From a bacterium (GTDB lineage Bacteria; Patescibacteriota; Minisyncoccia; Phycocordibacterales; Zambryskibacteraceae), in assembly GCA_023266935.1 (NCBI GenBank), contig JAHFOF010000003.1, forward strand, positions 1 to 57,461: 57,461 nucleotides of DNA. The letters run 5' to 3'. Below the pieces are notes generated by a model that saw nothing but the letters and a program-made list of their open reading frames with translations, was not told the origin of the DNA and ran no database searches. Shown here one piece after another: positions 27,001-29,601 of this stretch. The stretch's first letter is position 1. Every line of letters starts with the position of its first letter. Both the position numbers and the translations under genes were made by a program.

Positions 27001-28553
27001 CTCGCACTAAGATCGGTGAATGAACCGCCCTTGGCTATGATGCCACTGCCCACTTCGAGTCCCCCACGAACGTTTATATTTTTTCGCACAGTAAGGTTAC
27101 CCTGGGTGAGCAAATCACTTTTCATATTTACAATACTTTCAAAATATGCCGGACCAAGAACCCTTAGAGTTTGATTAAATTCAGCTTCACCAAAAACAGA
27201 GAGGTCTCCTCCAACATTTAAAGATGCGAGGAGTTTAGTCGCCCCCTTAACCAAAAGAGTTTTACCTACTTCAACATTTCCTTGAAGCTGTACATCTTCT
27301 GTAGTGACACTTCCATTTTTTGTCACAAACGCAAGAGTAAAATCAGTTGATGACGCTCCGCCAAAATATTCTGCGTTCAAATTTTTCACCAAAGTTTTCG
27401 AATCTACTACTATCGGTGCGGTTCCATCTTGGATATAAGAACGTAGTTGGCCTTCTGTTTCTATGTGACCCAAGATAGAAATATTACCTTCTTTGTTTAG
27501 AAGTAGAATTTCGTTCGCATGGGTACCTGGTCTAAAACCCAATACAGTATTCGCATCTTTTAGACCACTCTTTACATAATCAAACGATTTTTCAAACAAA
27601 CCGAAGACAACTGGTACAGGGAAAAGAGTAAAAGCGAGTATCCCTAATACTGCGATTCCGCCGAGGAATCTGCTCGAAAAAACCGTTCTAAAGGATTTAA
27701 AATAATTTCGTTCGGAACGAAAATTGGTCCCTCCACTTAGTTTTTTATCCAAAACCTTTTCAAGAGCTTTTTCTATAACTGTTGTATCTACAGCGGAGTT
27801 TGTACTAGAAATCGTTGATGCCGTAGTGAGAGTTTCAGGAATAGATTCAGTCTGTCCTGGTTTCTCTTTCTTGATTGAAAAAATATTTTTTATAAAACCC
27901 ACAAAAGCCAGCATCTGCGTTTTTATGCCTTCAGACAAAGAATCCAAAATTGATGGACGAATAATTTTTGTTTGATCTGATGATTTTCTTTGTTCAAATA
28001 CCGTGGGCTGATAAACAGATTCTTCTTTCTCTGATGCTGGAAACATTTCTTTCCATCGTCTTTTTAATCTTCCAAAAAAAGTATCAAGAGCGGTTTGTCT
28101 GATAATTTCCGGTTCAACAGTTACTTTTTTCGCTTCTTTTTCTGCTTGTAACTTTTCAAATTCATTCAGATATTCTTTGATATCTTCGTGATACGAACGA
28201 ATAGAATTAACTGGTAGAACAACACTTTGAGTAACACCAACTTTTTCTGAGACTTCTGGTGCCACCGCATTTTGCGGGGTCCCGCCAGAGGCGGTGATTT
28301 GTGGTTCGATCTGTGAAGCCACAGCATTAAAGTTTCCACTTTGAATTTGAGCACGCATCATCTGCCTCTTCATATAATCATCGAGGACGGCGAGTGTGGT
28401 GTACCAAGTGTTATCAATTTTTTTAGCCGAGAGTTTGCCCTTTCGAGCGAGGAGACTTAAATATTCAGAACTATACGGAGTGTGCACGGAAGCCTCAGAC
28501 ATCGAAAGCCACTTCTCGTCATTCGGCCTGTTGTTGTCAAGGTTTGGATTCAA
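9060..28553 (-). CDS. giant (6,497 aa) N-terminally membrane-anchored fibre/adhesin-like surface protein
   Basis: A single stop-free frame of 19,494 nt. The domain content read from the translation is listed in the sub-features. The start is TTG at 28553 (first start after an in-frame TAG ~54 nt upstream). The alternative is the ATG at codon 18 (28502). Confidence 0.9.
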   Translation of the reverse strand: MNPNLDNNRPNDEKWLSMSEASVHTPYSSEYLSLLARKGKLSAKKIDNTWYTTLAVLDDYMKRQMMRAQIQSGNFNAVASQIEPQITASGGTPQNAVAPEVSEKVGVTQSVVLPVNSIRSYHEDIKEYLNEFEKLQAEKEAKKVTVEPEIIRQTALDTFFGRLKRRWKEMFPASEKEESVYQPTVFEQRKSSDQTKIIRPSILDSLSEGIKTQMLAFVGFIKNIFSIKKEKPGQTESIPETLTTASTISSTNSAVDTTVIEKALEKVLDKKLSGGTNFRSERNYFKSFRTVFSSRFLGGIAVLGILAFTLFPVPVVFGLFEKSFDYVKSGLKDANTVLGFRPGTHANEILLLNKEGNISILGHIETEGQLRSYIQDGTAPIVVDSKTLVKNLNAEYFGGASSTDFTLAFVTKNGSVTTEDVQLQGNVEVGKTLLVKGATKLLASLNVGGDLSVFGEAEFNQTLRVLGPAYFESIVNMKSDLLTQGNLTVRKNINVRGGLEVGSGIIAKGGSFTDLSASGDLSGKNIYGTDILVKNATTTNFFAENFNATLSVINSIISNDISVGALTATDATTTNLNSTNLVSTNSTSTNATTTNFFANNATFGNITFSGSVVGDSTTTNATSTNFFSTNIFGNNANLQNLLVNSSTTLQDFTFRYATGSAATTTNFYAHTANFDNLTLSNGSLALTNSTTTNATTTNLAILGNLYTSLTQGSVPFIGANGLLSQNNSELFWNSSTNNLGIGTNNPQRKLHIFASSTGTFTNIAFENPDTTNNNGSVVSFRTNTTGVGASNFFEYAGFVGKTIEHDASTFKSAFQIFSRGASGFNMATLDYNGNFGIGTTSPYRPLSVTGKAIIEDSVLSSYFTATSTTATSTFMGAVGIGTTTPGAKLDVNGDALIHTVTVGLGGGTNNTWNTAIGYHALINDSGSGAPSIAIGNNALGTAVTSGNRGNNIAIGTNSMGNIGNGDNYGNVGIGYYTLLYGGLYNTAIGNSALSSNSGNYNVALGYSTMQNNRGDHNVALGLNALGSLGFSPNPSYNVGVGNYSLYNNVHGSSNVGLGFTSGMYETGSNSFYVNNIDQTSTANDKAYSLLYGNFAGVAGSLVGQQLTVNGGLNINGNSTSTNATSTNSFFTQNLFSTNSNLGTTNFTNGTSTSLYGVNVFGANGNFTTLQFGNGTSTNATSTNSFYTQNLFANVSNLGAATTTSIYGVNVFGANGNFGPLIYTNGTSTNATSTNSLFATNLFSTISNTTNLTAVAATTTDFYASHNASTTNLFANTEVIGSSTIGKLFVNFSTTTNGTSTNFFSTNLFSTNSNLGTTNFTNGTSTSLYGVNVFGANGNFTTLQFSNGTSTNATSTNNFYSPNLFSTISNTQNLTYINATGTSATTTNLFSTNSFSTIGNIQSLVYVNATGTSATTTNFYATNLFGGNFNFTNLIFNKATGTSATTTNLFSANIFGSLANITQATSSNVFSTNLFSNNSNLGTTSLSNLTVTNNNTSSFAGAVTVAKSLSVGTGINDTLTVTARINSNLVPDANITRDIGSASLYWKTAYIDTLNVNTISGSAVAISGTTNNDWTINTDNATSDTENMNLIFFRGLVTPNAVIAWDSLLDKFNFNQPTLIQNQSSTTTVPTLDVRAQSGQLADVFRVTNTSNIPLFNVNMNGNVGIATSTPANRLSIVTADTATIGGVRVAHSGDNSRFVDLNYDPVTSQALINFTTGGVASRRFDIQYSGTPVASFLGTGNVGIASTTPFATFAVNPTAGNASNQFVIGSSTATNFLINNSGFIGIGGTITPTNRIDILVNPVSNYHLTLGDTSNTGAGTGYPVISGGSTALFLNGASVQSQSNFYPDSDLARSLGVTGRRWTGLYTRTIIDNGVVGIGTTTPLALLDVAGALGSQIDIFNVSTTTSTNIVSSLLKVDASGLTTIANLLGSGSTTLQNFTFVNATGTNSTTTNTYVSGKLSTSFTAGSVVFATSSGILAQNNSQFFWDNGNNRLGIGTAVPDDILNLRKDQNGNTAINLYNATSNTGAYTELLIGQSGTNGNYGGIDHYSAAFTTSGANQAGSTQLFAGYAGDLVLTAGGNGTARAIQFWNYNGSNTAERMRIGTNGNVGIGTTTPQSLLHVYGDAKDIAIDFPTASSYGFFNFKQAGVAKADITLIGSGFVTTGRRGDLELSANTGDLTLQPINGGNVGIGTSSPSTMLSVAGTGFPLATFKRNDAGASVGIDLIEGNGNYNRLVTNGATGDFGIRPNGTEKFTILSASGNVGIGTTSPSTLLEIYKSGGSQIRLNGVSNTDINEISFRVSAGRTARILSGYTNPAVNTETYLAFNTNVSGSSNDTVAEAMRIVGGNVGIGTTSPYASLSVAGRGIFDQDVQADYFTSTSTTISNTFPWLAFTNATGTSATTTNFFSTNLFGTNFNITNLAYTNATGTNATTTNQYISGKLSTTFTLGSVVFASTSGILAQNNNKFFWDNTNARLGIGTPSPAYPLDVNGNGSTPLLSLHRTTVGVGAITFSLSNVMGGSVGGDLAIDGTVASQGFIFRPRNSSNASVTGLGIDRNGNVGVGTTSPNYIGTTGRALTVSTQTVGDPTAVELVGQTGTQDFAFSRIDAVNGLGTQQVPSSRISFQRGSSGNDSGTIAFSTVTTNGGSITERMRIDNNGNVGIGTTTPASLNGFSQVLSLGGTAPSITLNSTNGGTVWEMGNDGSGRWRLLRGTSSVLTADTSGNVGIGTTSPASKLQVAKDVAIGAVAGGISGANLTQFSVTGSTDGAQRISFGYDTTNNYGIIAASDSSAWRDLYLQPNVSSGIPNVTIKAAGNVGLGTTNPSTLLHVGSTSPSDIASTNYYRSGFIAGDLEVDGTIYGTNYLALGSTTLQNFTFVNATGTNATSSTLYVSGNSMLAATGGRVGVGTNAPASLFSVSNNLQVDSTGRIGIGAAPATYALYTAGVNNSAFTQGIDLTNFRVNPANGGVAAFNTVNSYVNPPSGGTAVSAAGLDIIDLAVTNVAGTLTNLYGIKVNALSAKGASATVTNQYSALFALPTNGSNNKIGVLIGTAPAGPITSSLYVSSGISYFGGNVGIGTTTPATKLDVAGASPTINVLDVGTSYAITRYRASNNTTNEAYFGVEGSGAASLITGGGSLPSAALISRQGAYPIQFATNNVARMTIDSNGRVGIATTTPGTDTVGSFLSLTGNISQYNTASPQYVTLLATNFSSSRGIYTLESHAYDGSGVEKILTQIGAGQDTASTGYLRFGTQDGSSLAERMRITSTGNVGIGTSSPYASLSVAGRGIFDQDVRADYFTSTSTTISNTFPWLAFTNATGTNSTTTNFAITRLTLGSVPFVGTGGAIIQDNANFFFDDTNNRLGIATNAPNATLAVNGATNINGILSLFGAGLLASNKATITHNDQNLTVTTTGGTGHIILSPTGNVGINSTLPTAKLTVVGSTYSEPPGGIASSTVAVFANNGAANGTSSISILSRSSAISSINFGTELGERSGYIDYYRSAKSPYIATTMDFGTGNISRMVIDGNGNVGIGTTTPTAKLEVYNGASRFWHNGTAEYTDLTSNNEINHYTSGGVGSTLYIQYSSNANTNIGKSALLVQGNNGNVGVGTTSPSSKLDVFGQIRSSNTTGNNAIYSAYIGGVNEWTFGQRGSNSAFVFNNGGNFAGTDVVTILTNGSVGVGTTSPAAKLDVLAASNANGFKLTNSSLSGGSSGQPGYIFYNVTNTATPTNSDLRISEQQPNSGTIRMVLSGGNVGIASTTPYARLSVAGVGATTGVTFQTTNNSDVPNFTILDSGNIWFGNTVVNPSSGFGDTQRGMGYNNSNGHFEVSANNAAPGEFNRFGGTGDLLTFRYAGTTAGGISSDANSLELYATSTLIFGSNGTTERMRITPTGRVGIGTTSPQSKLEVSSSGASESSIRITSDSGQYRRLLFIDGAASPTKNNYEIAEQEVDNGLFIGPSASVGGTTFDTAKGLTVISSGNVGVGQPAPVSKLHVGATATARTQTNAVLIADNNSDTLGIAGSSAPSINFYTNALTQRLSNIQSVVQGTNGGQLLFQTKTDGGADVSERMRIDGNGLVGINTQTAVRVLQVNATTTASVAFNAANLNSWATMAVRAQVGVRNGATGIVFHTDTNSTASPNSGAGIAAIDTQSGSWGGVAELAFMTAASNISTERLRITSAGSVGIGTSTPSGTLHILGANGAVPTATTGYTPQLRLESSATAGVGVGPVMMFGGQTNNATTPYNFAAIQGVKSSATAGNYSGDLLFYTQNSGGAAALTEQMRITAAGNVGIGTTTPGTLFGGHAETLSIFGRGLTTNDGNVQMYLGGFDSGTYGKFGTLNNVPLRIGTNANDRMTIDTSGNVGIGTTTPSSVLSIYGLSAAAPSSNNGSIGDSSIFKIHSNAGTTLSVGMLNASPYTTWIQQKDSNANGVYYPIALNPLGGNVGIGTTSPVGILAVANSSNTSVGQYLSLEGNSTSNNGLFIYDKTGRSGPVAGTLNASSRTATAYIHITADGDGLIINKTNAGSTQGVPLTIINKSSADSFQINNDSSVLFNVTSGGNVGIGAAVPSSKLQLVGTTSYSDPSLTHGTAAMFSMQSGSGTDLVFGSMQNSPFTAWIQHRHATNDGSTYALSLQPLGGNVGIGTTGPHSPLEVVGRVIGSNLVVSPYGNLNDTTGVANTLQFGNYTASAFVTSSADSYIYKTSNVFSGLAAQTLIFQTRSDSTGGGFAFVGGSTPAPLMYIQGSGNVGIGSTTPFATFAVNPTAGLASNQFVVGSSTATNFIITNSGNVGIGTVAPVAKLDVVGVNGVTSQFNSIISARGGNIANNSNSFEWGHANASGYGSTLGYYYSAGTPYLAFNGSAGTNINTFKTNGIQASIILSNVAGGMQFGNVASASADNQTFVPLVTMLASGNLGIGTTTPASQLVLDSVASTGLQIATGGIQDLVITGSTANNKIDSRRSNPLYFQINSATKMTIDGSGNVGISTTTPSALLTIAKASAGINVGDSSSALTLISTDSQGIDIGSQLHFSGNTNGTDAANPFATIAGRKENGTNGNYSGYLQFSTSNSSGTVGEGMRITSTGRVGISTTTPFAMLDVYQTTGIPAAFFSDSAGGSGGSLRLISASLVGQDFFLQLFSNDRTTSGKVMHFTGANGGNDTLDIDLSLARVGIGTSSPLSKLSIQSSGATSATTGLNVANSNGTSALLVRDDGNVGIGSTTPNTKLVVVGTTTARDIIPDANLTYNLGTSAQRWNQSWVGTQNIGTSTWSLSADNSGSLAFNNQANAAGTQTVTFAQNGNVGIGVTQPLFDLDVAGNSRFYGVSTTPSSLNVFALSPSWSSGVSANGGAIPIAISSTTVLSYTIGSIYMGKTDGTNVLFYPAFSMATVDANFYGGTYANFAVDVLDSTRIIVVYNYSSWGVKAVVCNYNATTVTSCGTPVTMGTFAQPVTVDVKSVGGGSFLATYTDYTAGGIDVRLSTTSGTTISLGTQNAVRSVPSYSATNPGIMLFSATTTRAAIHFYSAAPWESVVIVNFSGGVLTCGTPYATNAANSSYIGSAQPLSDTSFINFVHNSNVSLDAMLVTVTGTSTVATSTVASLSTVYSATVSSAFLDGSNIAVGYGSNFRILGVSSTTLVSIGGEQSAGSTILGLTPLTNTSFLAGFTSTDQIFKVRTADTTYANQTFDPSTASIIFPGMQYGNQTVWSNMSAKLDSTRHILFTAQNGSGYQVRVGQKSGSSLSYGPSGVYVAATSTVSWSPSAIAVLDANTVALINTKSIASVYWVDVAVCTISVITPSCGSSISFAGGYSAVPVVGIAAASAGQFVVSYGLPSGSATSVTARTVQYTGTTINSFGNPVTVASNINVADMAMTAINGTTTQFALVYNETSGNPTQAQGKVIIGGVNGSSISLGSLENYATATSTKLAIASPLPGTLFIASDYSSNNNALISYVGVSSTNLSVTSTTTSSIGGYSTNPWRLSALDSTHLLFNSGTKNRVINVSSSGVVGISSEQTVYANSSTITDFNSLSDFLAIDSSSFLVRYHTDGAGPGPYSENLILQTMDPNAFYYQKQALVINSTGTSVDGSPQVGIGTNNPLYTLHVSSVNGSVAGFSVIGGGTCTINPTNTALTCTSDARLKTNISTIASSTEILRRLRGVNFSWKNDETMANHIGFIAQDVQSVVPELVTTGADGFLQVNYLDFAPILANAWNDLDLRVTDLENLLNKGNVGIGMGTTTPLNKLVVAGGVSIGSDFNLLAPENGLIVEGQVAFGTSTPNADSALTVDGAITFFGLPETKAGDKFLCISDNGEVSVGDVCGQASTTPSISNSDMLAWFNDASTTMASTTDRVIALETRLSTLEQMFASSTGFVATASTSPSIIADTLTAMGASIVDGVTHFKQLAVESLSTYALSVGTKEKPTGITVYDQVNGAPYCMKVVNGQAVTTAGDCQTYPGAAVYNVPVDTTPTTPTPPVDTSTTTPSTDTSSSTPGTVDTSASTTTSTDSGQANPTI
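9063..9218 (-). other. Pro/Thr/Ser-rich C-terminal tail of the giant protein
   Basis: VPVDTTPTTPTPPVDTSTTTPSTDTSSSTPGTVDTSASTTTSTDSGQANPTI*. Confidence 0.85.
9927..10196 (-). other. Peptidase S74 / intramolecular chaperone auto-processing domain (aa 6120-~6209)
   Basis: TSDARLKTNISTIASSTEILRRLRGVNFSWKNDETMANHIGFIAQDVQSVVPELVTTGADGFLQVNYLDFAPILANAWNDLDLRVTDLE matches the SDxRxK...GFIAQE...P family pattern of endosialidase and tail-fibre C-terminal chaperones. The Ser codon is at 10194-10196. Confidence 0.8.
10340..12640 (-). other. non-fibrous Cys-containing repeat domain (aa ~5305-6072), candidate distal head
   Basis: About a dozen ~55-60-aa units of the form hydrophobic strand + LDSTR-like turn + ...G(T/S)x(I/L)(S/T)xG... 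Examples: VDVLDSTRIIVVYNY..VVCNYNATTVTSCGTPV, AKLDSTRHILFTAQ..GQKSGSSLSYGPSG, SALDSTHLLFNSG..VSSSGVVGISSEQ. Confidence 0.5.
24491..24638 (-). repeat. 148-bp direct repeat, copy A
   Basis: Identical to 25010-25157 except for one position (T at 24521 versus C at 25040). The offset is 519 bp, i.e. 173 codons, in frame. Confidence 0.95.
25010..25157 (-). repeat. 148-bp direct repeat, copy B
   Basis: See copy A. Both encode ..FSTNSNLGTTNFTNGTSTSLYGVNVFGANGNFTTLQF(G/S)NGTSTNATSTN.. Confidence 0.95.
25330..25820 (-). repeat. YadA-head (Hep_Hag)-like short repeats, aa ~913-1075
   Basis: Nine units of N-[TVI]-[AG]-[ILV]-G spaced ~14-20 aa apart: NTAIGYHAL, SIAIGNNALG, NIAIGTNSMG, NVGIGYYTL, NTAIGNSALS, NVALGYSTMQ, NVALGLNALG, NVGVGNYSLY, NVGLGFTSGMY. 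Confidence 0.5.
26350..26960 (-). repeat. S/T/N-rich low-complexity tract 1 (aa ~532-735)
   Basis: Degenerate units such as NATTTNFFAENFNAT, NSTSTNATTTNFFANNATFGN, TTTNATSTNFFSTNIFGNNANLQN. Confidence 0.8.
27594..27668 (-). other. single transmembrane helix of the giant protein, aa 296-320
   Basis: FLGGIAVLGILAFTLFPVPVVFGLF is preceded by a K/R-rich segment (RSERNYFKSFRTVFSSR). By the positive-inside rule the N terminus is cytoplasmic. Confidence 0.75.
28368..28511 (-). other. N-terminal winged-HTH (HTH_17/MerR-excisionase-like) domain of the giant protein, aa ~15-62
   Basis: WLSMSEASVHTPYSSEYLSLLARKGKLSAKKIDNTWYTTLAVLDDYM follows the same pattern as the stand-alone HTH proteins at 29353-29601 and 41739-41984. 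Confidence 0.6.
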
Positions 28554-28850
28554 TGTGTTTTTGTTATGCCGATACGGTATATCGGATACGAAATAGTGTT
28601 GCTATTATTATATATTTCAGAAACCTATTCTCCTAATGTTTTTTGATTATTTCTGTGGATAAATCAATTTATTTTTAGAAAATTTTTTATTTTTTATAAT
28701 TTTAAATCAAATGAAATAATACGTGAATTTATATAAACATTTTTAAAATTTTAATTTTTAATGAAAATTTGTTGATTTTTTGGAAAATTTTTCTTTTATA
28801 AACTATCTGCTACTTTAATAAACCTTGATAGTTTTATCTATCAACGTTGG
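28554..28850 (-). promoter_or_regulatory. 297-bp AT-rich upstream region of the giant ORF (promoter, curved DNA, one consensus DnaA box)
   Basis: AAAATTTT-type tracts occur at 28678, 28744, 28763 and 28783, the last three 19-20 bp apart. TGTGGATAA lies at 28654-28662. The best -10 on the minus strand is TATAAT (plus-strand 28605-28610), with only a weak -35. Confidence 0.45.
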
Positions 28851-29291
28851 CTAGAAACCTACGTATTTTAATGATATCAAATTTAGTGCTCCAATTACCT
28901 TTCCTTTGATACTCCATTTATCTATTGGTCCTAATTCTCTTGAATCTATACTGACATTTCTATTGTCTCCCATCACATAATACTCTTTGGGATCCAATAC
29001 TATAGCTGAAGTAGTCGTACCATTTAACCTTTCTCCAGGTAAACCAATTACTCGCTTTAGAATTTTGTTTGGATATATGCGAGGTATGACTACTACTATG
29101 TCTCCATGGGCAGGTTCAGTCCACCAATAAGCTACTTTGTTTATAAAAACAAACTCTCCCGAATGAATGGTTGGTTCCATAGAATCTCCACTTACTACGA
29201 AGCCTTCTATTACAAAAATACGAAGAAAGAGCGCGCAAATAAAGACTACAATAACTATTGATAGAATTTTTTGTTTGGTGGTTGCTTGCAT
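28851..29291 (-). CDS. lepB: signal peptidase I
   Basis: 146 aa with an N-terminal TM helix, GDSMEPTI (catalytic Ser box), KRVIGLPGE (Lys box) and GDNRNVSIDSRELGPI. Confidence 0.85.
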   Translation of the reverse strand: MQATTKQKILSIVIVVFICALFLRIFVIEGFVVSGDSMEPTIHSGEFVFINKVAYWWTEPAHGDIVVVIPRIYPNKILKRVIGLPGERLNGTTTSAIVLDPKEYYVMGDNRNVSIDSRELGPIDKWSIKGKVIGALNLISLKYVGF

Positions 29292-29308
29292 AAAGGTTTA
29301 TTACTATA

Positions 29309-29336
29309 ATTATACTACTTGATATATACTTATCAA
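29309..29336 (-). promoter_or_regulatory. putative lepB promoter
   Basis: On the minus strand: TTGATA (29336-29331), a 16-nt spacer, then TATAAT (29314-29309). The ATG is at 29291. Confidence 0.5.
29319..29336. repeat. perfect 6-N6-6 inverted repeat TTGATA-tatact-TATCAA (candidate operator)
   Basis: Read directly from the sequence. It lies between the divergent lepB (29291) and MerR-like HTH (29353) starts. Confidence 0.9.
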
Positions 29337-29352
29337 TGTTTAACAAACTTTC

Positions 29353-29601
29353 ATGAAAGAAATTTATTTCTCTATAAAAGAAGCCTCCGAGGTTTTAGGG
29401 GTCTCTCCTCTCACCCTTCGAAATTGGGACAAGTCTGGTAAATTTAAAGCCCAGAGACATCCGATGAACAATTATCGAGTTTACAAACTTTCGGCTCTAG
29501 AAGATATCATTAGAGACATCGAGGGAGGAACTCAAAAAAGTAACGCGGGGAAAGCAGAAAAGATTATTAAGAAACTTATGATAAAGCACTTAGAAGACTA
29601 G
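29353..29601 (+). CDS. small MerR-family/HTH DNA-binding protein
   Basis: 82 aa. FSIKEASEVLGVSPLTLRNWDKSGKFKAQRHPMNNYRVYKLSALEDIIRDI fits the MerR N-terminal HTH pattern. Its 3' end overlaps the gatB 3' end by 26 bp (convergent). Confidence 0.75.
   Translation: MKEIYFSIKEASEVLGVSPLTLRNWDKSGKFKAQRHPMNNYRVYKLSALEDIIRDIEGGTQKSNAGKAEKIIKKLMIKHLED

Noticed and set aside
9409-27975. Dozens of 60-158-aa ORFs on the plus strand and in other minus frames inside the giant gene (e.g. 15823-16299, 25433-25786, 12871-13173).
   Set aside because: They are antisense or out-of-frame shadows of a Gly/Thr/Ser/Asn/Val-rich, low-complexity coding sequence with few stop-generating triplets. Their translations are Pro/Val/Thr-rich nonsense with no motifs, and they have no independent start context.
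9060-28553. The giant ORF as a prophage tail-fibre gene or mobile element cargo.
   Set aside because: No capsid, terminase, portal, baseplate, integrase or att-like repeats flank it, and the neighbours are lepB, RNase P RNA, murJ and lepA. The protein has an N-terminal cytoplasmic domain and a TM anchor, which a virion fibre would not need. Phage ancestry of the parts remains plausible.
28801-28850. Inverted repeats AACTATC...GATAGTT and GATAG-N6-CTATC downstream of lepB as its terminator.
   Set aside because: The stems are short and AT-rich with large loops and no convincing U-run on the minus strand. They are too weak to call, and lepB transcription may simply read into the AT-rich region.
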